Positions 13,362-26,004 of a DNA stretch of 64,000 bases are shown here, in pieces (position 1 is the first letter of the stretch; each line of letters starts with the position of its first letter). A program made the position numbers and the translations under genes. The stretch is taken from contig OZ024755.1 of the NCBI GenBank assembly GCA_964016885.1, positions 26,102,001-26,166,000 on the forward strand, in the 5' to 3' direction. Below the pieces are notes generated by a model. It saw only the letters and a list, made by a program, of their open reading frames with translations, was not told where the DNA came from and ran no database searches. Source of the stretch: Eledone cirrhosa (Eukaryota).

Positions 13362-14031
13362 CAGTGGTTCCCAAACCTTTTTTCTGTGGGCCGCATTTTC
13401 AGAATGAAAATTTGCTCGCACCTCACCAAATTTTATGTGATAAAAAGTACATTTAAAAATAAAAAAACAATGACTAATAGTGCATTAAATACAATATATA
13501 ACATAAATAACTTATAATATGATTAAAATACACAAATTTAATGAAAAGTATGAGCTTGTTTTTTACAAGTAATCGTTTATCAGTTTATATTAGGCCTAAT
13601 TTGATATAAACAAACTCTCATCTCATCAATGCAAAGAAGCTGATCCCTTTTGTGATTTTTGATATTTGTCAGAACTAATAATCCTTGTTCACAGCAATAT
13701 GTCATGGAGAACTGCAGAAGAATGGATAATGCTTTTGAAGCGACATATGGATATTGTTTCTGGTTGTATATCCAAAAATAGTCCAGTGGTACACTCTTGT
13801 TTCATTTTTAAGGTGCAATCACTCGAAATGTTTGCCAATTCTTCTTCCTCATCTAATATCAAATTGAAACAGCTTGAATTTGCAAAAGAATCTCTAACCC
13901 AGTCAAATTTTTCTGCAGACAACAATGGAAAGTAATCATAAATTTTGAAACTGTTTCTAAATCTTTGATTATCTTTCAATCATTCCGCCTCACCTGCTAT
14001 CCTCTTCCACCACATTGTTTGGGAACCACTG
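13362..14031 (-). mobile_element. hAT (Charlie/Buster-like) deletion derivative
   Basis: 15-bp TIRs CAGTGGTTCCCAAAC / GTTTGGGAACCACTG; minus-strand YFP..DWVRDSF..EEEELANISSDCTLK..TYCCEQG hAT dimerisation-domain remnant; TSD decayed. Confidence 0.88.
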
Positions 14032-14208
14032 GTCTGGTGTGGGATGATCTGTCCAGCCTTTGATTCTAGGGAAAATGGATGTTAAATGATGATAATGATG
14101 TATCGGCTTTATTTTATTAATTATAGGAGATCGCTTTGTACTTTTAAAAATAGAATATAAATGGTCTTTGAAATTCAATTGTTTTATTTTTATTATTTTA
14201 TTTCTTAG

Positions 14209-14306
14209 GAATTCAAGAATATTTGAAGATGCAGATTCCTGCCCAGAAGTTGGTTCTTGGTCTACCTTGGTATGGATACATTTATAGTTGTCTACAGTTA
14301 GCAAAA
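14209..14306 (+). CDS. CTBS: Di-N-acetylchitobiase exon 5
   Basis: ttcttag| (G)IQEYLKMQIPAQKLVLGLPWYGYIYSCLQLAK |gtgagt; KLVLGxPWYG GH18 motif; phases compatible with exons 4 and 6. Confidence 0.95.
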
Positions 14307-15703
14307 GTGAGTTCAACGAGCTTTTATTATTATTCTAATTATTGCACAGAAATTTAAACCACTGTAGAAGTATATTTAGAGTCAAGAGGACTTTTCAGTT
14401 GTGTCAAAGACATGACAGTACCCCTGGTGATGGTGCCCAATAAAATGTACCCAGTATACTCTGTAGAGTATGGGAATATATGTAAGCAAGATGCTGCTTG
14501 CAGCTTATTTGAGTGGTCAGGTAGCTTTGATTAAATTTGAACTTAGTCTGTGATGACCCATCTAACCAAGGAAATGGATGTTAAATGATGATGATGATGA
14601 TTTTGTCTCTAAATAACTGGAGGTCATATATTCTGTGACTACTTTTGTTACATATTGATTCTAAAGAGAAGTATGTAGGTATATGTATGGACCCATAACT
14701 CCTGATGGAGTTGTAGGAGTGCCACATATTGATATATGGTGTATCTAGGGCAGGAACCCATTTCCTTTCCAGGTCTGAATACAGCAGATTTTCTCCAAAG
14801 AATGAGAGAATGGAAGTGAGAAAGGGACATAAAGGAAGAATTGACCACAGTACTAGACTGGTACTTTTATTTTATTGACCTTGAATAAATTCTCAGCAGA
14901 GCTGTTCTGCAAGAGAACAGGTCGTTGTTGGTGGATAGAGATACGGCTACCAGATATGATGGTTAGTTGCAATATAAGCGAGCAACTGCTGGACTAACAG
15001 TGGTAAACTACTAGGGGAGAGGGAGCAATGCTGACACTTGTAGCTCTCAAGAAAACTCTCACAACCAGGTGATGTAGCTATGACAAGGCGAGTAAAGGTC
15101 GCCTCGAAGAAAGCCTAGTTTTGCAGGTTTAAGCAAGTTGCAGATTAATGACTGGTGCAAATACAACCACCAAAACTGCAATAAGATGAGAGGAATGAAA
15201 AAGAACCTTGTTGCATTGTCCTTCGTGTGGGTTAATGGTGGATACATTGAGGCCTTAGGTAGAGGGGTCTGTTCGAAAAATATATTGCAGTTTCCACAAA
15301 AACTGACGATGGGCCTGCGACCTGTCTTCTGAGGCGTGGGATGGACCACATATGATTTTCAAGTAATTTTGAAAATAATTAATAATTTGGAGGGATTTAG
15401 TAATATAACTAACTTTTACATTATTAAGCTGGTGTATGGAGGATAACTTAAACTTTCTTCCTTAAAATTATGATGGAAGGATTTTAGATAAATATCAACA
15501 CTATAAAATAAGCAGCTACACTATAAAGTGTAGAACCAGGAGTGGTTTCACGTGGTTTGGTATCAAACAAGTTAATTGAATTCATATAATTAAACATATT
15601 TCTTGAGCATCTATGATAGCATTTTGTTAGAATGTAAATATATAAATATAGATAACAAGTTATATTATTGAACTATCACTTGATTTTTTTTTTTAACAAT
15701 TTA

Positions 15704-15862
15704 CCTTATATACTCGAATATAAGCTGGTCCAAATAAAAACCAACCTCCCTATTTTATGCTTGAGAAATGGGCAAAAATCCAAACCTCATTTATAAGCTG
15801 ATACGGCTAAACAACACATTTTTGGGTCACATATTCCTCAGCTTATATTCGAGTATTTACGG
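15704..15862. mobile_element. pogo/Tigger-like MITE
   Basis: TA|CCTTATATACTCGAATATAAGCTG ... CAGCTTATATTCGAGTATTTACGG|TA; ~24-bp imperfect TIRs with TA TSD. Confidence 0.8.
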
Positions 15863-15883
15863 TACTTTCAAAAATTCTTTCAG

Positions 15884-16048
15884 AACAATACATGTACAAT
15901 AGCATCAGATCCATTCCGGGGTGCGAACTGCAGTGATGCTGCTGGAAAACAATACACAATTTCGGATATATTAAAAACTGATTTAAATAAGTCACACAAT
16001 GAAACGCAATGGGATAATCAATCACAGACTCCTTATTTTACATATCAG
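15884..16048 (+). CDS. CTBS: Di-N-acetylchitobiase exon 6
   Basis: ctttcag| NNTCTIASDPFRGANCSDAAGKQYTISDILKTDLNKSHNETQWDNQSQTPYFTYQ |gtaaat; PFRGAxCSDAAG is characteristic of chitobiase. Confidence 0.96.
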
Positions 16049-16313
16049 GTAAATACTATTTATTTTAACTGAGGTGGTATAATACCTACACTGTATACAA
16101 TGAAGACAAATTTGATTTCTAAGAAACAGATTAAAACTTTGGAATTGATATAAACAAGTGAAATAGGGGAATTTTTAGACAGATATATTTTGTGAAGAAG
16201 GAATAAGAAAGATATGAGGTACAGGTAGTTTAACTTTAAATAATCAATCTATTGTATTCTAGTTGATGTTTCTGTTGTGTAAAATGTTCGTCATACTGGA
16301 AAAGAGGGCAAAA

Positions 16314-16366
<53 letters not shown>

Positions 16367-16505
16367 GGAGAGAGAGGTGGTGGTGATCTCACTTCTTTAT
16401 GGAAAGGGGATGGTAAAAGTGAGTGTGTGACAGAGAGAGAGAAGCAGGGGTTTTGGCAGTAACTTTGAAATCCTACACAATAAGAAGTACAGAAGTATAT
16501 ATATA

Positions 16506-16767
16506 CTAGCAGAGGTACCTAGCATTGCTCGGGAATGAAAATGGTCCTTATATATTAGAAGAATAAAGCAAAACATGTAATTAGTTATTCTAAATTCATA
16601 ATACAAAATAATAAAAAAAATGAAAATACAAAATATATCATTTTTATGAAGGAGATAAATTCTATCACATATGTTGAATGAAATTAAGAAAGAACTTCTG
16701 GGTAAACAACATTCTTTGTTTTCTGGTTTGGAGCATACACAAATAAGCTTTGTAAACTACCCACCCT
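16506..16767 (-). mobile_element. Helitron 3' fragment
   Basis: Minus strand VGSLQSLFVYAPNQKTKNVVYPEVLS*, then CCCGAGCAATGCTAGG..CTGCTAG|T terminus. Confidence 0.8.
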
Positions 16768-16789
16768 GGAGTATTATGTAAGGTGGCAG

Positions 16790-17252
16790 TGTCTGAAGAG
16801 TTTATGGACAGTAAGAACTTTCTTCTCCACGGCATCTTTTTTAAAAGCTAAAATGTAGATTAAATGGTGGCTGGAGAGAAATGAAGCAAGTATGATCTAT
16901 TGGATGTGCAATGCCAATGTACATGAACGACCAAGCATAGACGAGTTGAGAAAGATACTGGTATAAGAGGGATAAGTTGTGGTGTGCAGGAGAGAAGGCT
17001 GAGATGGTATGGACATGTGATACGCATGGAGGATGAGTGGTGGGTAAAGAAGTGCCAAGAAATCCCAGTAGAAGGAAGACACAGTAGAGGTAGACCACGT
17101 AAAACATGGGCGGAGGTGGTCAGAGCAGACCTCAGATCACTGAAACTCAACGAGGAGATGACGAAGGACCGTGACAAGTGGAGAGATGCTGTGCTGAATA
17201 GGACCCGTCCAACCCTTGCAAGCAGGGAAAAGCGGACGTAAAATGATAATGA
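16790..17252 (+). mobile_element. RTE LINE 3' fragment
   Basis: [36 protein letters not shown]; tail GGAAAAGCGGACGTAAAATGAT into a TA tract. Confidence 0.88.
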
Positions 17253-17289
<37 letters not shown>

Positions 17290-17322
17290 ATATGTATATA
17301 TATATATGTGTGTGTATGTATG

Positions 17323-17388
<66 letters not shown>

Positions 17389-17540
17389 TGTATGTGTGTA
17401 TGTATTCATTTATTATGGCTAAGCAGTGAGTCTTGTTACACTAGAGTTTATTTCTTGCATCATGTCAATCATTTATATATAATTTCTATTCAAATGATTG
17501 TAATTCTCTTATATGTTTATAATTTATCTTATTATTTCAG

Positions 17541-17723
17541 GAAACTGATAAATCTAACTACCAAGTGTGGTTCGATAATCCAAGAAGCCTTCTTTTGAAA
17601 TATGAGCTTGCTGGGGGACTAAATCTTCTTGGAGTTGGAGTGTGGAATGCTGACTGTATAGATACTGACAATAGCACCCTATCTATGAAGATACGGAATC
17701 TCATGTGGGATGCTTTACCTTAA
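17541..17723 (+). CDS. CTBS: Di-N-acetylchitobiase exon 7 (terminal)
   Basis: atttcag| ETDKSNYQVWFDNPRSLLLKYELAGGLNLLGVGVWNADCIDTDNSTLSMKIRNLMWDALP*; spliced CDS totals 1110 nt (369 aa + stop) with no frameshift. Confidence 0.95.
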   Translation, partial: ETDKSNYQVWFDNPRSLLLKYELAGGLNLLGVGVWNADCIDTDNSTLSMKIRNLMWDALP

Positions 17724-17727
17724 TATG

Positions 17728-17733
17728 AATAAA
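17728..17733 (+). promoter_or_regulatory. Candidate polyadenylation signal AATAAA
   Basis: AATAAA 4 nt after the CTBS stop; use is unproven and the hexamer is common in AT-rich DNA. Confidence 0.3.
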
Positions 17734-18194
17734 TATTTATGAACTGGGTATTAGTTAAATTTATGAGAAATGTACTTATCTTTTCTATGAAAATTTTTAA
17801 AAGCCTCTACATTTTAGATGAATTGAAGATTAAAAGTCATTGAAATTTGATTAAAAGTGTGTGTTTTATATTAAATATGAAATGCTTTCGAATTATGTGA
17901 TATGTTACTAAAATAATACTTATGTACACATATATGTAATACCTTCTTTATATTACTCACACACACACATATATATATATATATATACACCCCATCCCAC
18001 TACCCCTACTCCACGCTCCCACCAACACCACCCTTTCTCTGTAATGTTATGTTGGTACCACAACATCCAGTCCAAACTAATGAGGTTGTGTAGGTGTCAC
18101 GACCAAAAAACACACAATTCACGCTGTAATATAATAATAATTGTTTCTACTTTAGGCACAAGGCCAGCAAATTACCCAGTGCATTACTGGTACT

Positions 18195-19650
18195 TTGAAA
18201 ATATTGTGTACAGTGCTCAGGTGCACTACAACTCATCAAAAAGTGTATGTATAGTACATAGCGTAATGTACAAACGTCAGGAAAATGAACAGTGCATGAG
18301 TCTGTGTATGGAAGGGGGACATCAGGTGTAGTTTTGGCGAATTTCGGGAAGCATGAGGGTTTTAAAGGATGCAGTGTCTCGGCAGCTAACAACTGACGCA
18401 GGCAGTTTGTTCCATGTTTCAGCAACTCTAAGCGTGAAAAAATGTTTCCGAAAGTCATGGGAGCTGTGCTGTTTTCTGATTTTATAGGCATGCCCACGTG
18501 TGTTAAACACATGGAGATCAAAAAGGTGCTCAGGGTTGTTGTTGGCAAGATAGTTAATAACTTTGTGGGTGTTTACCAAGTCCATTGCCAGACATCGGAG
18601 CTTCAATGAATTGATGCCCAGGAAAGCAAGGCGTTCAGAGTATGTTAGGTGTCTGATGGAGGGTATGCGCTTGGTTGCACGTCTCTGAACAGTTTCCAGG
18701 AGGTCAATGTTCTGAGCAAGATAGGGGTTCCAGACTGATGATGTGAATTCCAAGTGTGGTCGTACCATAGCTGTATACAGCTTTAAATAGATGGCTGGAG
18801 AGCGGCTAACAAAGGTCTTGCTGAGTGATGCCAAGACACCCTCGGCCTTCTTGACAATCTTAGAGAGATGCTTTGTCCAACGCAAATCGCTGCTGACAGT
18901 AATGCCCAGGTCATGTTCACAAGAGGACTTCTTGATATCAGTGTTGTGGAGGCAGTATGTGGACGCTGGATTTTTCCTCCCCAAATGCATGGTGGTACAC
19001 TTGTCCACAGCCAGCTTCAGTTGCCAGTCTGTGATCCATTGCTGCATTGTGTCCAGGTCTGATTGTAGGAAAGAGTTGTAGATTTCAGGATCAGTCCTTT
19101 TGATTTCAAGGTACAGCTTGATGTCACCTGCATATTTCAGTACCGTGGCATTCTTTAAGTTGGCATCTATGTCATTAATATATGCCATAAACAAAAGGGG
19201 ACCAAGAACAGATCCCTGTGGTACACCAGATGACATCTCATATGGCGAAGAATGCTGTCCTAGAACCGTGACTACCTCTTTTCGGCTGAGAATGAAGGAT
19301 TTCAACCAGTTAAAAAGGTCATCCGTCACACCCATTGCAGAGAGTTTCGCCATAAGTCTTTTGTGTGTGGCACAGAATTAAAAGTCTTAGCGAAGACAAG
19401 GTAAACAACATCCACCCATGAGCCACTGCCAGTGATCCGTGTAATGTCTTCAAGGAACTCGATAAGCTGATCACAGCAGCTGGAGTTAGGGATAAATCCA
19501 AACTGCGAGGGCCGGATGAGGCTGTGAGAGCTGCAGAAGTTCCAAAGTCTTTCTCTGACACAGGATTTCATCAGTTTGGCAATACAGCTAGTAAGACTGA
19601 CTGGACGATAGTTGACAGGTGACGTGCGGTCGCGTATGTAAAACGATAAA
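18195..19650 (-). mobile_element. CR1-clade LINE RT fragment
   Basis: NYRPVSLTS..QFGF..SGVPQGSVLGPLLF..KYAGDIKL..VRPHLEF..VWNPY..LETVQRRATK..RKHFFTLRV; frameshifts, mutated YADD. Confidence 0.92.
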
Positions 19651-19920
19651 GACCTCCCAGTCCACACTGTAAATGTGGTTGGTGTTAGGAAGAACATCCA
19701 CCCGTAGAAAACCTGCCAGATAGTCCTATATGAGCAAGACACAGTCACCCGACCAATCTTGCCTCAAGTGGGACAATTCCCGTCTAAACCCATGCTAGCG
19801 TGGAAGATAGACGTTAAACGATGATGATGATAATATATATATATGCATATACATAAAAACATTTTTTTCCGATTCTGCCCTGTCCGTCTCTTCAATCTTT
19901 CTAATTTCTTTCTCATTCTT

Positions 19921-19956
19921 TCTTCTGATGGAGGACTAGCGTTCGAAACGTTAAGA
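19921..19956 (+). ncRNA. Degenerate minimal hammerhead-like motif
   Basis: TCTT CTGATGG A GGAC-TAGC-GTTC GAAA CG TT AAGA; core mismatch at position 9. Confidence 0.45.
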
Positions 19957-21399
19957 CCCTCTTCCTGCTATTTCAAGAGTTAAACTAATATATTCCTTCC
20001 ATATACTGTGCCGATTGTGTTGTTATTTCTGTTTACCTTTAACATACATATATATATATGTGTGTGAGCTAAGTATTTCCGTAGAAAAGGTAAAGGAAAG
20101 AAGTGTTCTATGTATATTACAGAACTATTTAATTACATAATAAACAACACAATATAATTATTTTATTACTGAAGATTTCGAGAAACTAGATCATATGTGC
20201 GCAACCTTTTGTTTTGGATTCCAGTTATGGCTACCACTGTCTAGGATTGACTGTTCCCTCAATTTCATTACTTTATTTTATGACTTTCTATTGCAAAAAT
20301 TATATAATTAAATAGAAATGTGTTTAATAAACACTATTCTATATCAATTATACTAAATAAAAATTTTCACTGCGAAAATACGAAAATGTCACTGAGAATA
20401 TGTGGCTAACTTTCTAATGGAGACCGGGAAATTCGAAGTCTGACATTCATTCACGTAATTATTACAAAACAGAACTTTATTTTCTATATTAACTATTTCA
20501 ACATCCATAAGTAATTTATCCAACCAATATGGTTTACAAATGAATATATATATAGAGAGAGAGAAAGAGAAATTAATTATAGAAATAAGCAAAGGTAAAC
20601 ATTCCAAACAAAACGTGAGAAGACAAACACACCCCTAATTACACATTGCAACAGAAAATATTGGTGTATCCTTCTAAATATTTTTAATGGCAAGCCAAAG
20701 CATTCACGTTGCTGGTAATAGTGAAGCTAAGGTGCTGTAATATTCATGTATATTTATTAGTATTGTGTAATATTTTAGTAAAACGAGTCACCAACAACGA
20801 TAGAACTTCGTTGTCAGTCAACACGAACTTCTTGAACACTGCAGTTCGGGCGATCAACAATCTAAATTTCACAACTGTATTTGTTTAACACTCATTAAGA
20901 AACAAAATACGGTTATTCTTTACAATTACACCCATCTCGTGTTAGAGGTGAAATGTATGTTTTTTTCTAAGGTTTTTGTCACTCATCACCCTGTCAAATC
21001 ACACACACTTGTCATAACTTCATACTTATTTCCCAGAGAGAGTTCATCTGTTGGGACAAGGATCAGCAACCTATCTAGCCCGGTGCCACAAACATTCACC
21101 TGGTACACCCTTCAATGTGTTTGACGACAGGAAAGGCACTTGTAGAAACCATGCATATAAAGGCAGCAAAAACGTACGTGGCTGGGTTAACAGCTCTCTA
21201 TCTCGACAGCAATGCACTAGCATTATACCTGTACATGGTAAGGGACTGCAGAGAGCTGAAGTCAGATATAATTTGCTACCGATGCTAGCGGGCAGGCCAC
21301 TTAGGAAGGTTCAGGTTAACTGCCAGAGGCAATGGAGAGAGGAGCCTCATTGGGACTCAAACTGCAAAGAGAAAAGACAGGCACACTGGTATTTCAGAG

Positions 21400-21960
21400 G
21401 AGAAATGAAGTCCCAGAACTGGGCATCGACATGAACAGACAAGAACTTTTCTCAATGTGTGGGAAATTGGTGGGCCATTATCTGATTGCAGGGTGGTTCT
21501 GAACAGCATGCAGCTATGTCAGTAGACGAGCGGACATGGTAAGCTGTGAAGACAGGATAGCAGAGAGGACATTGGCCATGATGTGAGAGATCATGGAGAA
21601 GGTAAAGGCGGATGACCAAGTAAGAGGAAGCTGATATGGTGTGATGTCAGCAGCATAGTGTTAGGGGTCACTCTGGAAATATGAGGTGTCAAGGTCAGCA
21701 TGGCTCAGGAAGGAAGAAGACTGTAATAATATCAACGCTCTGAGATGAAGGCTGCGCACTATAGAGATTCGTACTGATTTGGCCACTGTACTCGGATGGG
21801 TGAGATCAGTGAGAAGAGGGGTGGCAGCAATGTTAATAGAGCGCCACCTAGGAACTCTTGGAGAGCTGGCTGCTGAGTTTGACCTGAAATTGAGTGTGGT
21901 CTTTGTACCCTTGGAGAAAAATAGGGTGGGCATCTTAATCATGAAGAAAGCCTAGCTGGA
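21400..21960 (+). mobile_element. Degenerate gypsy-like LTR retrotransposon connection/RNase H relic
   Basis: ELFSMCGKLVGHY.IAGW..ACSY..WCDVSS..LGVTLEI..SAWLRK..NIN..IRTDLATVLGWV..MLIERHLG..EKN with stops and frameshifts. Confidence 0.7.
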
Positions 21961-24044
21961 AGAGCCAGAGGATATGGAAAAGGGGATAACTGAGTGACTC
22001 GGAGTTGAACAAGCCATTTATTTCTAAGAATGAAACGTTTGTACCAGGCACCAAGTCAGCTTTCCTGTTGTCTGAGAGAAACTGATCAATTCTGGGTGTG
22101 ATTCACCAATGCCAAGCACCAAGTCAGCCCCTCTGAGACCTAGAAAACATTTGTTAGCACCAAGCAGCAAATCAATTCTTTGGATTGTTCCCAAATCATA
22201 TTTATTAACGCTAAACAACAAATTTGCGTATTCTAGGGCTTCACCAGCTCTAGGGAGGTTGTCATGTTCTTGATACAACTAAAGGGTCCTCCCAATACTT
22301 TGACAAACTTTCTTCGACTGGATGCCCTTCTTAACCTCAACCCCTTGACAACGTGTAGTGAGTGCATTTATCGTATAGATTACCAATACTAGAAAGGTTG
22401 TTTGTGACTTTGACACAAGTGAAGGGTCCTCTCAACCCTTTTAGGCATGGTTTCTACGACAGGTTACCCTTCCTATCGCCAACTGTCTTATGGAGTGTAG
22501 GGGGTACATTTTCGTAGCACCATCATTGGACAGGTTGTTGGTCATATACCCAACTGTAAAGCCTTCTTTGCTCTTGTGAGGAATATATACATATGTATGT
22601 GTGTGTGCATTTCTACATGTTTGTTTAAAGTTTTTTGTTGTATGTGAAATGTAGCCAAGTGTGGTGCATCAATGTTGTATCTGTGTGTGGATAAAGGAAA
22701 GTAATATATGCAGGTTAGAGGAAAAAGGGCAGTGTATATAGGCCATTGGGGGCCTATATATATACTTATGGTAAACATGTTGATTAATCAAGGTGACATA
22801 TACAACACACCGATTAGTGAATAATGATGTAATTAGATTGAAGCACTCAACATCATGTGTTTCTTCCAAATATAATTTATTGCTTCATGATGGAGTGTAT
22901 ATACAATAAGGATAATTGTGAAGAGGTTTCCTTTATTCATAAAGCTGTAATACATATTTCAATGGTACTCATGGTTTTATCATGCTACATCATCTTATGC
23001 AAGGAGGTTACGTTTCCAAAGCAATTCAGGCTAAAAACAGGGGAACAGACAGATATGATGTCTTCATTGCTTATGTCCATTCCACTGTGAACTTTAGTTC
23101 CACTCTACAGGTTTGTGCAGTTGATTGACCATCTACCACTCCCAGTAAGTAATATTTTTTGCTGTGCCACTGGGTTTCATATTATAGATTTATTGTTATC
23201 AGCACAACCACCTTATAGGGTTTTTATGATGTGGCAGGACTGTTGAAGAGCAGGTGTGGAGTCTGGTTAGTTTACCATTGTTTGGGCACATGAATTATAT
23301 AAAATATATATTATTTTATAATATATATATATATTATATACATTTATATGTATATATATATAAGTATCTATACGTACATACATATATGTATACAGACGTA
23401 CAGTAGTATGTATATATATATACATACATGCACACATATATATATGTACATATGGATTTACCGAACATTTATTATAATGCTCGGTGTGTTTGTAAACAAA
23501 CATCCCGAATTAAGCCGTACAGTGTTTAGCAACCATCGTTGCCCTTTTGTTCAACACTGACAAAGGAACGATGTACTAGTTTCAAGCTTATTAGCTATCA
23601 TCAGCACCGTATACCTTCCTGCCAGATGGTTGAACGTCTGAAAGTATATATATATATAAATATAATAATCATTTATTAATATATTATATACATATGATAT
23701 ATAAATATAATAATCATTTATTAATATATATATAATATAGTCGGACGCCATGCTTTCCAGCATAGTTACGTCCCTTTACGATCTGGGTTCAAATCCCGCC
23801 GACTTTGCCTTTCATCCTTACGGGGTTGATAAAATAAAGTACCAGTAATGAACTGGGTAATTGCTGGCCTTGTGCCTAAAGTAGAAACAATTAATATATA
23901 TATAATATATGAATATATATACATATATAACTGAATATAATGCCCCTCTAAATTTTTCAAAATAACTATGTTATACATGTACCAATTTAAAATTTATTTT
24001 AATAGTTTACTTGTACTGCACACAACACAGCATATAGTACCTAG

Positions 24045-24375
24045 TTAAAAGGTAAATCCTTCCACTTGGCATTTGTTGGGAAATGGCCTTTCTCTGTGTG
24101 CAGGAGAGGAGTAGGTAGAAATATCTTCCTATGTTCCAAATGCAAACTATGGGTGCACAAGAGATTTAGTGGGATCTCAGGTGCATTAAGTAGCAAGAGC
24201 TTATAGGATACTAACTCCTTAAAATGCTCAGAGGTGTCTGTAGAAATAGTCAACTGTTTCCATTACCTGGATGACCAAATCAGTGGAGGAGAGTGTTTCA
24301 AAAGTACAGTAGCCAGAATGAAAAAAAGTCCAGGGAGCTACTACCACTGCTAGTTACAAAAGGTTTTCCCTCAAA
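24045..24375 (+). mobile_element. Degraded RTE LINE fragment (zinc-finger region)
   Basis: GKWPFSVCRRGVGRNIFLCSKCKLWVHKRFSGISG, homologous to the RTE at 27844-29961. Confidence 0.75.
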
Positions 24376-24913
24376 ATATCAGTTTAATTAACCATTTATG
24401 TATTATTCACATTTGTTAACATATTTGTTGTCTTCCACTTACTAATAAATATCAGTGTGGCTGTACTGACATCTATATGGAGGTAAGTAGTCTATATTTT
24501 TAATTTGTGGAAAATAATATATATGTAAACGAAATGAATGGAAGTAATCTGTTTGGAAGACAGATATATGTGACATATTTTTTCAGAAACTATGAATCAG
24601 AAATAGGTTTAGCCAGAATTTTTTTACTAGTAAGTGTATATTACAAAGTCAAATTATGTCATTGCCAGGCTAAAGTGATAGAAGGTGAAAAAAGCAATTT
24701 CAGGCCATATACTTCTCATAGAATCTTCTACAGTCAGGTTAACCTCAGTGAATACCAGGTGAAAGAGACAGTTTTAAGGCATATACTTCTCATGTGATTG
24801 CCTATGGTCAGATAAAACATGGTCGATGGTTTGTTAGCAAGCAAAAATAGCAGTTTTAAGGATCTTCTACGGCCAGCCAAACCCTAGACAATGTGAGAGA
24901 GTGAAAGAAGAAG

Positions 24914-25988
24914 TTCATCGCCTACTTATGTATGGCGTGGCCATTCTATGTGTCGGAAGATCGAATCGCGGCCTCGGCAACCGGCTGGCTGTGTGCTAGC
25001 CTGCGTCCTGGACCGCGCGAGCAATTATTTTTGCTTTCCCTTTATTTAGAGTTACCTCCTCTTTATGGAACTCTTCTCTTTTTTTTTTTAGACCTCCGGT
25101 TCTTTGAAAAAATTCATTTTGGATATTACTTTCATTATGTATGGAGGTATGTAATGTTTTCTTTGCTCTACACTCGAACTATCGCACATTTTATTAAATA
25201 CACACTTTATGTCAATAACTCTCACACTTTGGATATTGTGTTCACGTGAAGAGGTATTTTATGTGGCTTTCTGGAACATCTTCACCCTCTCGACACGTGC
25301 TTTCTTTTAAATAAATGAAAAAACTACACATACAAATAGTGTTACCTCTTCTAAGAAACTAAACTAAGTCATCTTGACACTATATACAAACTATCTAAGA
25401 AATATAACTCAAATTTCTCTCTATAAACATCATTCTGTAGATCTTTCTTTATTGAATACATAGTAAACCTTGTCAACACTAGCAGATATTCTTGAGAGAC
25501 AAAAATAGTTTTTACCATCTTCTCTTTTTGCTATATACTGTCTATTAAGAAAAATATATAAACCTTCTCTATAAAGGAATATACCTTTCCTTCTAAGAAA
25601 CCTCTATATACAGCTACATTTTTATTATCTTTATTTCTTTCATACCCAATGAAGCATGGCAACTTCATTTCTCGCACACATATATTCTCTTGTACGTAGA
25701 AAGAAATCTTTTGTTGTCCAACTAATTGCTACTGTGTGAGCAACGGGAAATAAAGTGTCTTGCTCAAGAACAGAACGCAAAGTCCGGTCTGAGAATCGAA
25801 CTCACGATTGTAAAGCCCGACGACTTAAGTTTTGAACGAATTTTTTTTCGATATCATCATCATAATCAAAGATTAACTGTTGATCAGTGTTAACTAGATC
25901 GATATCAAAGGTTAACTGTTGATCAGTGTTAACTAGATCGATATCACATTAACCCACGTAACATAGAACCATTTACATTCTTAGTTTC
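24914..25988 (+). repeat. ~1.07-kb dispersed repeat, copy 1
   Basis: High identity to 32080-33116 along its length. Confidence 0.9.
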
Positions 25989-26004
25989 TTCTTACGAAAG
26001 CAGT

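Noticed and set aside
20165-20195. CTGAAGA..GAAA hammerhead-like words
   Set aside because: No supportable stem II or stem I.
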